Assembly: GCA_965657355.1 (NCBI GenBank)
Contig: CBFHOE010000002.1
Coordinates: 224,001 to 288,000 of the forward strand
Source of the DNA: Limisphaerales bacterium
GTDB lineage: Bacteria; Verrucomicrobiota; Verrucomicrobiia; Limisphaerales; JAJOIW01
Reading direction: 5' to 3'
Length of the DNA: 64,000 bases
A program made the position numbers and the translations under genes. Shown one piece after another: positions 17,520 through 28,010 of this stretch. Position 1 is the stretch's first letter. The number at the start of each line of letters is the position of its first letter. Under the pieces are notes generated by a model. The model was given only the letters and a program-made list of their open reading frames with translations. It had not been told where the DNA came from and ran no database searches.

Positions 17520-19439
17520 TTACTTCCAACCGAAGGTAAAGCTAGTAGAAGTTTGAAAAGGTTTTCCAGGCCTTAAAACGGGTGAAGGGAAGTGTGAATG
17601 ATTTATTGAATCTGGATAATGTTGAGTTTCCAAACATAACCCTTTTGGATTTCCTGTGAATAATTGAACCCCTGGTTGGTCCGTAGCAACTTCCATGTAT
17701 CGCCCAGATTTTGATTCCTCCACTCTTGCGAATGTGGTCCAGCCATCGAGGTCATGACAAATAATGAAGTTATTATCATACATTGGGCGACGGAACTGAG
17801 TCATTTTTCCTACATCCTGGCCAATGAGTTTTGGTTTGAGAAAATCAAGAGGAGTTCCTTTTATTTCAAGGATTTCACCTGTGGGAATGAGTGATTTATC
17901 GACTTCTGTAACTGTTTCTGAATGAAGCCATAAAGTGTGATCATTTGGATGGACATCCGTGCTCCCACTTAAATTAAAATACGCATGATTAGTTAAATTC
18001 ACAATGGTCGGAGCATCAGTTTTTGCGTGGTAATCGATTTTTAATGTGTTGGTATCATCTAGAGAATACGTCACGCGGGTCGTCAAGTTCCCTGGAAAAC
18101 CCTCTTCCCCGTCTTTACTATAGCACTCGAGTATCAATGAAGAACTAGAATCTTCAATTTGTGTCCCTACGACTTTCCATAGTTTTTTGGAAAACCCTAC
18201 CTTGCCCCCATGAATATGGTTTTGCCCATTGTTCTTGGTGATATGATATTTTCTGCCGTCTATGGAGAAAGTTGCATTTTTAATTCTGTTTGCAAATCTC
18301 CCAATAATGGCAGCAGAAGGAAAAGACTTTAAATAGTCTTTTAATGAATCTGAGCCAACAATGACATTTTGAAATAAGCCAGACCTGTCGGGCACCATGA
18401 TGGCAGTCATGATGGCTCCGTAATTTATGATCTTTACTTCAATGTCATCCTTATTTTTTAAGGTATATTGAAAAACTTCATGACCATCCTCCAGTTCGCC
18501 AAAAAATTTCTTTTGAATTCTACTAAATTTTTTATTTTGGCGGGCACCTTTTACATTCATCTGCAACGTATAAACGCTGTCCATAGCTGTGATAAAAAGC
18601 TGATCAAAATTCTTTCCACCAAAAACTACATTCGCAGTCCACTTCTCCGGAACAGGAATATGATGTATTTTTTCCCCTTTTGAATTAAAAACAGTAACTC
18701 CTTTTCCTGTCAGATAAAGATTTCCCTGTTGATCCAGTGCCATACCGTCCGACCCTTGACGGCAAAAAAGTTCACGATTTGTGAGTTCTCCAGAAGGAGT
18801 TATTCTATATTTGTATGTTTTTCCTGCATTAATATCAGCGACATATAAGAATTTTCCATCCGGCGACCCAACAATACCATTCGGCTGAATAAGGTTACTA
18901 TCAACTTTAGTCACGCTGTTATCCATCGGATCCAGCAAGTAAACATGTCGACCATCTAATTGCATTTTAGGATCTCTTTTCCAGTAAGGCCTTTTATATA
19001 GTGGGTCTGTAAAATAAATCCTTCCAGATGAGTGTATCCATAAGTCATTCGGCCCATTGAATAACTTCCCTTCGAAATCCTTGATCAGTACGGATATCTT
19101 CTTATTAGGGGAAATGGACCAAATTTGGTTTTGCTCATCGGCGCAGGTCAACAAGTTTCCATTTTGGTCAAAATACATGCCGTTTGAGCGCCCGGCGGGT
19201 TTAAGCCAATCGGAAACGGTATTATTATCAGAGCGCCACTTAAGAATTCTGTCGTTAGGTTGATCCGTAAAATAAACATCTCCGTTCGAATCAACAGCTG
19301 GTCCTTCGGTGAATGCAAATCCTGAGGCAACCATTTTAAGTTCACTACCAGTCTTGAGAATGTCGACTGCTGTGGTGATATTTGAGGGAAAGAAAAATGC
19401 AAATATGACTAATTTCCAGAATGTGTATTGAATTCGCAT
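17520..19439 (-). CDS. Exported fusion of SMP-30/gluconolactonase and aldose 1-epimerase (mutarotase)
   Basis: N-terminal half has 'FTEGP', 'NGPNDL', 'PNGI' and 'GSDGM'; C-terminal half has 'GRFANRI', 'NHIHGG', 'LTNHAYFNL' and 'LETQHYPD'; signal peptide. Confidence 0.88.
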   Translation of the reverse strand: MRIQYTFWKLVIFAFFFPSNITTAVDILKTGSELKMVASGFAFTEGPAVDSNGDVYFTDQPNDRILKWRSDNNTVSDWLKPAGRSNGMYFDQNGNLLTCADEQNQIWSISPNKKISVLIKDFEGKLFNGPNDLWIHSSGRIYFTDPLYKRPYWKRDPKMQLDGRHVYLLDPMDNSVTKVDSNLIQPNGIVGSPDGKFLYVADINAGKTYKYRITPSGELTNRELFCRQGSDGMALDQQGNLYLTGKGVTVFNSKGEKIHHIPVPEKWTANVVFGGKNFDQLFITAMDSVYTLQMNVKGARQNKKFSRIQKKFFGELEDGHEVFQYTLKNKDDIEVKIINYGAIMTAIMVPDRSGLFQNVIVGSDSLKDYLKSFPSAAIIGRFANRIKNATFSIDGRKYHITKNNGQNHIHGGKVGFSKKLWKVVGTQIEDSSSSLILECYSKDGEEGFPGNLTTRVTYSLDDTNTLKIDYHAKTDAPTIVNLTNHAYFNLSGSTDVHPNDHTLWLHSETVTEVDKSLIPTGEILEIKGTPLDFLKPKLIGQDVGKMTQFRRPMYDNNFIICHDLDGWTTFARVEESKSGRYMEVATDQPGVQLFTGNPKGLCLETQHYPDSINHSHFPSPVLRPGKPFQTSTSFTFGWK

Positions 19440-19567
19440 ATATTGGCCTAATTGTTAATCAAGACCATATATCATGTAATTCCACAAAGGAATAAAATTA
19501 TAAAAACCACTCTAATGATGTGATGCAGGGTATTCAAAAAACAAAAGGAATTTCTCTCTAGATATTA

Positions 19568-22500
19568 TTAAAATGAGATTCTTTCGTTTGATAAAACTCT
19601 GAAGAAGATCGAATTTCCAGGTGTTGGATTTTGTGGAATTCCCCCTTTGAATAGGAGTGTGTTGGACAAAACTTCTTTCTCACTGGCAAAGGACCAGTTC
19701 TTGAGGTCATAAGAATATTCCAGGGTAAGAGATAAACCATGAGTTGCTGATATTTCCAGGGAATATTCACCGCCTGGAGAAACGTGAAATTGTCTAATCT
19801 TTAATGGAATTGGATCTGGATTAGAGACAATTTCAAATTCAACGCGACCAATGGAACCATAAGTGGCTCCATCCCATGACCTGAATGTGAGAGAATCAGA
19901 GCCTGAATAAAATGAATCAGGCTTATAGGTGTAATTTGTTCCAAGCCCATAAATAAATCCATTTTCGGGACCAACCACAATAGCACTCCTTAATGAATCT
20001 CCATCGGGATCCGAAACAGGCAATTGAAATGAAAAACGTTTACCCTTAGTTAATATAATCTTTTTGTCAAAAATCTCAGGCGCTTCGTTGGGAACTTTTA
20101 CAGTAATAAATACCGTAGCGACAAGACTCTCAAACTCACCATCAAACGCAGAGTAACTAAATTTGTCCAGGCCAAGAAAATCTTTCCTTGGAGTATAAAT
20201 GGCGCGCACCCCCTCAAAATGCACATCACCATTCACAGGTGCCTCTTGGAGCCTTATTTGGAGAACTGTCCCTTCTCCATCTATCGCTGAAAGATCAAAT
20301 TCTAGGGGAATATTTTGACGAGTAGATACAAATTGATCTTTAGCCGTGGGAGATGAATTTTCTCCAGTTACTTCAATTTTAATGCGAGCAGTGCTACCTG
20401 CATCTTCCATGTCTTTGGCAAAAAAACTAATTTCGTCGTCTCCAATAAATCCGGGATCAGGCGTGTATTTATATATGAATTCATCATCAGTTTCTGACAA
20501 CTGACCATTCTCTGGGGATTCTCCAATTACGATCGAATAAGCGTCTCCGTCAGGGTCATTCGCCTTAAATTCAATATCAATAGATTGATCAACAAGAGTT
20601 GTATATCTGTCGCTTTGAGCTTTAGGGGGGTTATTTTTATCGAGAACTAAAATTTTAACAGATGCAGGAAGACTTTCACTGAATTCGTCCTTTGCTATGT
20701 ATTGAAAGTCGTCTTCCCCTACATAATTTTCATTTGGGCTATACTCGGCTAAGGTTGGAAAAACCAATACGTCACCCTCTTTGGGGTTTTGATTGACTTC
20801 GAATTCCAACTCATCGCCATCAACATCAGTAGCTGAAAATATAACGGTTTCAAAAGAGTTTTTGTTTACTGTAATAGATAAATCATCAGCAACCGGAGGG
20901 TCATTAACAGGACGTATGATAAACATAATTTGGCCTGAAGACACGAGACCCGATGAATCCCTTATAGTGTAATCCAATTGGTCTTGACCAAAATAATTCT
21001 GATTTGGGGTATATTCGAATGTGCCATTTTCTGTAGGGACAAAAGATCCATTTTTAGGGGCCCCGTATCCGGCGACTTTTATTTCGTCACCATCCACATC
21101 AAAATCATTTAACAAAATATCCACTGTTATTTTGTTATCTTCATCTATAAGGAACTTGTCATCAACGGTAGTTGGCGGATCATTTTGAGGTAATATCCTA
21201 AAAGTAATGAGTCCAACAGACTGGCCTCCGGATGAACCTCGGATAAAGTATTGAACTTTTACTTCTCCATTAACGTCAGCATTTGGTGTGAATAAGATTT
21301 TTTGGTCCTCGTTAATTTCCAAGAAACCGGATTCAGTCGTTCCGGTTGAGATCAATTTTGGCTTTTCCCCCGATGGATCTGAGTCATTACTTAGCGCGTC
21401 AACAACAATGCTTTGGTCTTCAGATAATGTAATAAAATCTGGATTAGCTACAGGGAAGGTTAATTGGTCGTTTGCGATAAATCGAATAATTTGAGTATTA
21501 GTGTCAAAGCGAGGATCTGTTACCGTTACCTGAACTTCAGCAGTACCCTGCCAAGCTGGGTCATTCGTAGATACGAATAAAACCCAATCATCTGTTAGCT
21601 CCCAATCAAGAACTGGATCAGCAGAGATATTAATATTAAGTTCATTCATAGAATGATCGGGGTCAGAAATATAGGGCTTTAGAGGATATGGAACCCAAAG
21701 CTCAGATATCGAGGCAATCTGAGTTGGTATTCTTTTAATCTCCGGAGGCAGATTAGGCTTGGGGGGGATATCAAACCGCCCCCACTGACTTGCATTTACA
21801 TGATAGGAAGACCATGGGAATAGGTCGCTTCTGTAATTCACACCCAGCTCCCAAGCAAATATTGAGAATGTATTTTTACTTTTTATGGAGGAAGGTTGAT
21901 TTGGTACATAGGACATATCAATAGCAGTGGACAATAAAACATCCAAAAAGCCATCAGAATCCAAATCGGTGAATTGTATGAGATGATTCTTATCCGCTAT
22001 ACTAACCCCCGGAGATGGAATAGGGATCATATTTTTCGGGTTAAATTGATTTTCCCACATGGTCCTAGTGCCATCGAATTCATAACTCCTGATTCCTCCG
22101 AGCTTCTCGGCATCGAGTGAATTAGCGAAAAGGTAGAATATTCCGTGAACGGTGCTTAAGATTTCTAACTCACTGTCTCCGTCGATATCGCCAATTGATA
22201 CTTGCCCTCGAAAGTTTTCATTTATCAGAGGCTCACTCGGCCAACCATCAGCCGGGAATCCATCATGGTGAATGAGATGAATTTGTCCTGCGATTCTATC
22301 ATTGATGACGATTTCTAAATCACTGTCGTTATCAAAATCGGCGAGAACAGGGGCGTCGAGAAATGAATACTCCACTAAAACAGGAAAATCACCAAATACT
22401 CTACCATCTCCACCAAAGGCGTAAACACCTCCTCTATTGAGCGAACGCTCATCGTAGGTACTCACAATCACTTCGAGTGTGGCATTGCCGTCGAGATCCC

Positions 22501-25222
22501 CAATTACGGGGGATGTTAATATTTGCCCCTTAACATCAGATGTCCATTCAGGTTCACTAGATTTATCGATGTGGAACATACTTAATTCACCACAGCTACT
22601 TGGGATAACGATTTCTAATTTTCCATCTCTATCCAAATCACCGTATGACGGTACGATTTCAACAACATCATTCTCATGAAAGCAATCATCAACACGCCAA
22701 AGTTTTAAGACCCGACCATGCGGATCGAGAATACTTAATTGCCGTCGGGGTGTATTACCCAAAAAGAAGGCCTCGTTGTTAAAAGTGACAATCTCATTCA
22801 CACCATCCGTATCGAGATCGACAATAGAAATTCCCATCCGGCTACCGGGAAGATCTACAGGCCAATCGCCTTGAAGTAGTTGGCCACTCGAGTTAAAGGC
22901 ATAAACTTTTCCATTGGCACCTCCGTCCACCACAATTTCCAAATTTGGGTCTTGGTTGAGGTTTCCTATGACTAGGCTACCGGTGGAAGGCCTTCCTATG
23001 CCCAGTTTCTTTGACCACAATAGGTTTCCTTGATGAGAGAGAACCATTACTTCGGCGGGAATGAATTCCCCGTCACCAGGTTTAACAAGTGCAATTTCTT
23101 GAAAACCGTCATTGTCGAAGTCTGCTATCTTAAATGATGTCCAATCAATTGATTTTAAGTCGTTTGTGGGAAGGTCCACAGAAACTGGCCAACCGGATGA
23201 AATCCTATCATCAAAGTATATAAGCCAACTATATTCTTGATCAATAAGCTCCTCATTATCCAGAGAGGTGGCGGTGAGTCGCAGCGTATAAAATTTCTCA
23301 CCTGGCAGATTTTGGACATTCCATATTCCCAAGACGTCATTCTGGATATTCCCTGGAATATGATCAGGTATTTCAATTCCAGAATCGCTCCATTGGGCGG
23401 GACTTATCCCCTCTCCATATTCGAGTTTATAAGTCCTATTCAGACCAAAAACAGAACCTCTGATTTCAATTGGATTCCGGGTTGATAAAAAATCATTATT
23501 ATCAGGATAAATTATGTCAACATTTTCAATTTCTACCCTCTTTTGTGTCGTACTTTCTTTACCCTGAGAATTTTTAGCTCTTAGACGAAAGGTATATTGG
23601 CCATCCTGGTAATCCGCTGTTGAAAACCCATTGTAGAGCGTGCTTGATAAAACGGGTATTTGGGATGAGTGAATAAATGTCCAATCTTTTGGAGAATTAC
23701 CCTTACCAATTTCTAGGGTAAATTCTTTAAAGGTATCACCTGAAGCCGTACCGATTATGTCAAACTGTCCACCAACTTTTTCGGGCATAACCAAACTTAC
23801 AGTGGGAATGGGCTCTTGGAACTCGAGTGCTTTATTTGCATTAATTCTTCCAGCACCAAGTTCCTCTTTGACATCAATAACATCAACACCTGAAAGAAGT
23901 ATGTTTTCAACGTCAACAAGAGAAAAGTCCGGGTTTTTCCCCCAAACCAACGCAGCGACGCCTGAGACAATGGGGGTCGCCATTGAAGTCCCATTGAGAG
24001 AACCGTAAGAATTATTGACTTTGGTTGAAAAAATAGCTGTACCTGGTGCCGAAATATCAATAGTGGGCCCATGGTTTGTAAACTCAGATTTTCGCCCCCC
24101 AGAATCAACAGAGGCGACTGAAATAACAGATTCAAATGCCGCTGGATAATTCTTTATTTGTTTACTGTCGTTTCCGGCAGCCGCAATCGTCAATACCCCG
24201 TCCTCCCTTGCTTTTTCAATGACTTGTTTTAAAAGCCTGCTTTTGTCTTCAGCACCCCATGATGCATTAATTATTTTAGCACCATTCTCGACGGCATATT
24301 CAATAGCCGCTATTCCAGTTGAAGTGTTACCACGGCCTTTGTTATTAAAGGCCTTCAGTTGCATCAGATCGATCTTCCAATTGATACCGACAATACCTTG
24401 TCCATTATTTCCTACAGCGCCTGCGATACCTGATACATGAGTTCCATGACCACTATCATCATAAGGATCAGAGTCATCATTCTGAAAGTCGTATCCATGT
24501 ATATCGTCAATGTATCCATTAGAATCATCATCAATACCATTACCGGGGATTTCACCACTATTTACCCATAAATTATCAACCAAATCAGGGTGAAAAAAAT
24601 CAGCGCCTGTATCGATTATTGCCATTAAGAAATCAGGATCACCTTTATAGGTTTTCCATGCATTTAATATATCTATATCTTCTCCTTCTCTACTTTCACT
24701 TCCTTGGCCGTCATTGAACAGGTGCCATAATTTTGAAAATTGCACATCATTGGGGAGCACGTCTTGGAATTCCGGAGGAACAGAGTTGAATATTGTCAAC
24801 GGTATAACCGGCTCAGCAATAGCAATATCAGGGTGACGCTCCAAACTTTTGGCGGCTACGCTAGCGCTCTGCCCAGGTTGTAACTTGGCCCGATAAATTT
24901 TACCTACAAATCTAGAGGTCTTGGATCGTTTCGGTGCCCCTTGGCCCCCCCTCGACAACCTGACATTCGATTGAGAGCTCTTTCTCAAAGGCTCAAAAGT
25001 TTCTATAAATCCAAAACTTTCAATAAACTTCAGAGATACGGTCGATTTCGGTTTGTAAACAAAAAGGACCTCCTTTTTTTCTTCACTACCTTCGATGTTG
25101 GCTGCTGAAGACAGACAAAGAACTACAATAAAAATCCCAAAAGATAAAACACCTATGCGTCTTATTGAAAAAATCCGAAAAAATAAGACTGTAGGATTTA
25201 AAATAGAATTTCGATCGAGCAT
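19568..25222 (-). CDS. Large secreted S8 (subtilisin-like) peptidase with FG-GAP/VCBS-type repeats and tandem Ig/cadherin-like (Big_9-type) repeats
   Basis: Catalytic motifs 'IIDTG', 'GHGTHVSG', 'AAAGND' and 'GTSMATP'; repeated 'DxDxDG..E' motifs; repeated 'NDPP/N..P..D...YTP...G.D.F.Y'; C-terminal 'LEYSYDLKNW...IFFRVL'. Confidence 0.9.
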   Translation of the reverse strand: MLDRNSILNPTVLFFRIFSIRRIGVLSFGIFIVVLCLSSAANIEGSEEKKEVLFVYKPKSTVSLKFIESFGFIETFEPLRKSSQSNVRLSRGGQGAPKRSKTSRFVGKIYRAKLQPGQSASVAAKSLERHPDIAIAEPVIPLTIFNSVPPEFQDVLPNDVQFSKLWHLFNDGQGSESREGEDIDILNAWKTYKGDPDFLMAIIDTGADFFHPDLVDNLWVNSGEIPGNGIDDDSNGYIDDIHGYDFQNDDSDPYDDSGHGTHVSGIAGAVGNNGQGIVGINWKIDLMQLKAFNNKGRGNTSTGIAAIEYAVENGAKIINASWGAEDKSRLLKQVIEKAREDGVLTIAAAGNDSKQIKNYPAAFESVISVASVDSGGRKSEFTNHGPTIDISAPGTAIFSTKVNNSYGSLNGTSMATPIVSGVAALVWGKNPDFSLVDVENILLSGVDVIDVKEELGAGRINANKALEFQEPIPTVSLVMPEKVGGQFDIIGTASGDTFKEFTLEIGKGNSPKDWTFIHSSQIPVLSSTLYNGFSTADYQDGQYTFRLRAKNSQGKESTTQKRVEIENVDIIYPDNNDFLSTRNPIEIRGSVFGLNRTYKLEYGEGISPAQWSDSGIEIPDHIPGNIQNDVLGIWNVQNLPGEKFYTLRLTATSLDNEELIDQEYSWLIYFDDRISSGWPVSVDLPTNDLKSIDWTSFKIADFDNDGFQEIALVKPGDGEFIPAEVMVLSHQGNLLWSKKLGIGRPSTGSLVIGNLNQDPNLEIVVDGGANGKVYAFNSSGQLLQGDWPVDLPGSRMGISIVDLDTDGVNEIVTFNNEAFFLGNTPRRQLSILDPHGRVLKLWRVDDCFHENDVVEIVPSYGDLDRDGKLEIVIPSSCGELSMFHIDKSSEPEWTSDVKGQILTSPVIGDLDGNATLEVIVSTYDERSLNRGGVYAFGGDGRVFGDFPVLVEYSFLDAPVLADFDNDSDLEIVINDRIAGQIHLIHHDGFPADGWPSEPLINENFRGQVSIGDIDGDSELEILSTVHGIFYLFANSLDAEKLGGIRSYEFDGTRTMWENQFNPKNMIPIPSPGVSIADKNHLIQFTDLDSDGFLDVLLSTAIDMSYVPNQPSSIKSKNTFSIFAWELGVNYRSDLFPWSSYHVNASQWGRFDIPPKPNLPPEIKRIPTQIASISELWVPYPLKPYISDPDHSMNELNINISADPVLDWELTDDWVLFVSTNDPAWQGTAEVQVTVTDPRFDTNTQIIRFIANDQLTFPVANPDFITLSEDQSIVVDALSNDSDPSGEKPKLISTGTTESGFLEINEDQKILFTPNADVNGEVKVQYFIRGSSGGQSVGLITFRILPQNDPPTTVDDKFLIDEDNKITVDILLNDFDVDGDEIKVAGYGAPKNGSFVPTENGTFEYTPNQNYFGQDQLDYTIRDSSGLVSSGQIMFIIRPVNDPPVADDLSITVNKNSFETVIFSATDVDGDELEFEVNQNPKEGDVLVFPTLAEYSPNENYVGEDDFQYIAKDEFSESLPASVKILVLDKNNPPKAQSDRYTTLVDQSIDIEFKANDPDGDAYSIVIGESPENGQLSETDDEFIYKYTPDPGFIGDDEISFFAKDMEDAGSTARIKIEVTGENSSPTAKDQFVSTRQNIPLEFDLSAIDGEGTVLQIRLQEAPVNGDVHFEGVRAIYTPRKDFLGLDKFSYSAFDGEFESLVATVFITVKVPNEAPEIFDKKIILTKGKRFSFQLPVSDPDGDSLRSAIVVGPENGFIYGLGTNYTYKPDSFYSGSDSLTFRSWDGATYGSIGRVEFEIVSNPDPIPLKIRQFHVSPGGEYSLEISATHGLSLTLEYSYDLKNWSFASEKEVLSNTLLFKGGIPQNPTPGNSIFFRVLSNERISF

Positions 25223-25261
25223 CCTGCCGTATTGGTAATTAATGGTAATTCAATATAGCAC

Positions 25262-27964
25262 TTAGTGAATGGGTTTTCCTTGTTTGATCCAATCTTGTAT
25301 ACTTGTAGCTAGGGCTGTCCATCCAGTTTGGTGGCTCGCTCCAAGGCCTTTTCCGGATTCTGCGTGGAAATACTCATGAAAATAAATCAAATTTTGCCAT
25401 GATTTCTCCTCATTTAAAGATGGATGCTCTCCAGCAAAGGGCCTAACTCCATCCGCATTTTTATAAAAAATGCTGAGTAATCTTTTACCAATTTCAATGG
25501 ATAGTTCATTGAGCTGCATTGGCTTATCATGACCTTTAATATTCACTTGTATTTGGTCTCCATAAAAATTGGAGTAAGTAACGAGACTTTCCATTATGAG
25601 GTAATTGACAGGAAACCATATGGGGCCTCTCCAATTTGAGTTTCCACCGAACATCCATGTTGTTGATTCTCCAGGTGTATAATCAACAGAATGAGTGTAT
25701 CCAGCCTGTTCAAACTCGAAAGGAGATTCCTCATGGTATTTTGATAATGATCTTATTCCATAGGGGGATAGGAACTCATTCTCATCGGTAAGATACCCAA
25801 GGATACTCTCAAGTCTTTGCTTTGATGGAATTGATAACAACCATCTGACACCGCTTTTTGTCTCTTGCTTTGTTAGGTGTCTGGAGAGATTTTTTTTGTT
25901 ATTTAAAAACCATTCGAATCGCTTCTTAAAACCGGGAACTCTATCCACTTTTTCTCCATCGAGTATCGCAACTGCAATAAGAGGGATTAACCCAACCAGT
26001 GATCTGGATTTTAAGGGCTGTGAGTGATGCTCAAATTGAATCTGATCGTAATAGAAGCCATCTTGGGGGTCCCATAGCCCATTACCACCTATATTGTTTA
26101 TGGCATCTATAATTTGAACGAAATGTTCAAAAAATTTTGTAGCCATATCGGAATAGGCGCGTCTTACTTCACCTTCATTCCAAGCCAGCTCCAAAGCCAT
26201 TTCCAGCATCACAGAGCAATAAAACCCCATCCAGGCGGTCCCGTCTGCTTGAGTTAATTTACCGCCTGTTGGTAGTGGGTGAGAGCGATCGAATACCCCT
26301 ATGTTATCCAATCCGAGAAAACCACCTGAAAACAGGTTATTACCTCCTTCGTCTTTTCTGTTAACCCACCAGGTAAAGTTTAAAAGCAATTTTTGGAACA
26401 CCCTTTCAAGAAAGGCGCGGTCTCTCCTTCCCGCTCTTTTTTCTATCTGATAAATTCTCAAAGCAGCCCATGCGTGAACAGGTGGATTGACATCGTCAAA
26501 AGCAAACTCGTATGCAGGTATTTGCCCATTAGGGTGCATATACCACTCTTTCAGAAACAGGATAATTTGGCGTTTTGCAAAGAATGGATCGACCTTGGCA
26601 ACCGGTATCATGTGGAAAGCTAGATCCCAAGCGGCAAACCATGGGTATTCCCATTTATCTGGCATGCTGATGATGTCTCGGGCAAATAGTGTTCTCCAAT
26701 TTTTATTTCTCCCTTTTTTCCTTCCTTCAGGGGGCTCAGGCATTCCAGGGTCCCCTTCAAACCATTCATCAACAACATAGTGATAAAACTGTTTGGTCCA
26801 AAAGAGCCCAGCATGTGCCTGGTGGGTCAGAAGGCGACTTTGTTCTTCATCATCCCCATCCTGTAAACGAGAATAAAAATCATCATGTTCGGTTTTCCTG
26901 TCCATCATGACGGGGTCGAATTCTCTAAAACCGCCACAATTAAATTGTTCGTCATGCTGATAAAGTCTAAATCGAAATTTTTTCGATTCGTTGGGATTTA
27001 GTTTAAGTTGATACATGCGACCAACCTTTGTTCCAATATTTCTGGGATTTACGGCGTCCTCATTACCATCAATGACATAATCATGGAAGCCGTCCTTGTG
27101 ATACTTCCCTTTATCATTGACTCCAAATAATTTTTGGTAATTGGTGGTATTCTCGGTAAAAAGCCACTTGGCACTGTCAGTTTCTGAGTCCAAGTCCGCT
27201 TCAAAAAAATAATTCCCCAGAGTTTCATGATTACAGTCCAGGCGTCCGGGGTTTTCTTTGGAAAGTGTGATTCTTGGGGGCAAAGTACACCCTTCATGGC
27301 GGCAAGTCCACGACCAGGTATTTCTATACCAGAGCGTAGGAATAAAAGTTATTGGAGCCACTTCGCTACTGCGGTTCACAACTTCAACTTCAATCAATAA
27401 ATGGTTAGGAGAGGCCTTCCCATAACTTGCAAAAACATCAAAGTAATTATCTTGTTTAAAGACGCCTGTATCAATGAGTTCAAATTCACTTTTTTCCCTG
27501 CCTCTATTCGCATTTTCTTTCAATAAGAGATCGTATGGAAATTTTGAAATTGGATACTTATAAAGAGCTTTCATCCAACTATGTGTCGGAGTACTTTCCA
27601 GGTAGAAATATTCTTCCTTAACATCTTCTCCGTGATTTCCCTGCGGGCCAGTTAAACCAAAGAGTCTCTCTTTTAAAATATCATCTTTACCATTCCAAAG
27701 GGCCATGGAGAAACAAAGGCGGCATTGGCGGTCCGTTATACCCAAGAGGCCATCTTCCCCCCAGCGGTAGGCTCTGCTTCTAGCATGGTCATGGGGAAAA
27801 TAGTCCCAGCATTCGCCAAATTCAGAGTAATCTTCTCTCACAGTGCCCCACTGCCTTTCAGAAAGATATGGGCCCCAGCGCTTCCAGTTGGCATACCTTT
27901 TTGACTCGTCAGTAAGTCTTATCCATTCAGCGGTGGCTTCAAGTGACCTGTGAATATTTAGCAT
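25262..27964 (-). CDS. GH63/MGH1-like glycoside hydrolase (glucosidase)
   Basis: 'WKRWGPYLSERQWGTVREDYS', 'SMPDKWEYPWFAAWDLAFH', 'GGNSNWRGPIW', 'FHEYFH...GLGASHQTGWT'. Confidence 0.88.
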   Translation of the reverse strand: MLNIHRSLEATAEWIRLTDESKRYANWKRWGPYLSERQWGTVREDYSEFGECWDYFPHDHARSRAYRWGEDGLLGITDRQCRLCFSMALWNGKDDILKERLFGLTGPQGNHGEDVKEEYFYLESTPTHSWMKALYKYPISKFPYDLLLKENANRGREKSEFELIDTGVFKQDNYFDVFASYGKASPNHLLIEVEVVNRSSEVAPITFIPTLWYRNTWSWTCRHEGCTLPPRITLSKENPGRLDCNHETLGNYFFEADLDSETDSAKWLFTENTTNYQKLFGVNDKGKYHKDGFHDYVIDGNEDAVNPRNIGTKVGRMYQLKLNPNESKKFRFRLYQHDEQFNCGGFREFDPVMMDRKTEHDDFYSRLQDGDDEEQSRLLTHQAHAGLFWTKQFYHYVVDEWFEGDPGMPEPPEGRKKGRNKNWRTLFARDIISMPDKWEYPWFAAWDLAFHMIPVAKVDPFFAKRQIILFLKEWYMHPNGQIPAYEFAFDDVNPPVHAWAALRIYQIEKRAGRRDRAFLERVFQKLLLNFTWWVNRKDEGGNNLFSGGFLGLDNIGVFDRSHPLPTGGKLTQADGTAWMGFYCSVMLEMALELAWNEGEVRRAYSDMATKFFEHFVQIIDAINNIGGNGLWDPQDGFYYDQIQFEHHSQPLKSRSLVGLIPLIAVAILDGEKVDRVPGFKKRFEWFLNNKKNLSRHLTKQETKSGVRWLLSIPSKQRLESILGYLTDENEFLSPYGIRSLSKYHEESPFEFEQAGYTHSVDYTPGESTTWMFGGNSNWRGPIWFPVNYLIMESLVTYSNFYGDQIQVNIKGHDKPMQLNELSIEIGKRLLSIFYKNADGVRPFAGEHPSLNEEKSWQNLIYFHEYFHAESGKGLGASHQTGWTALATSIQDWIKQGKPIH

Positions 27965-28010
27965 TATTTAATATTAGTATTATACGAGAGCCGAGTTAGA
28001 CTTAAATTCG

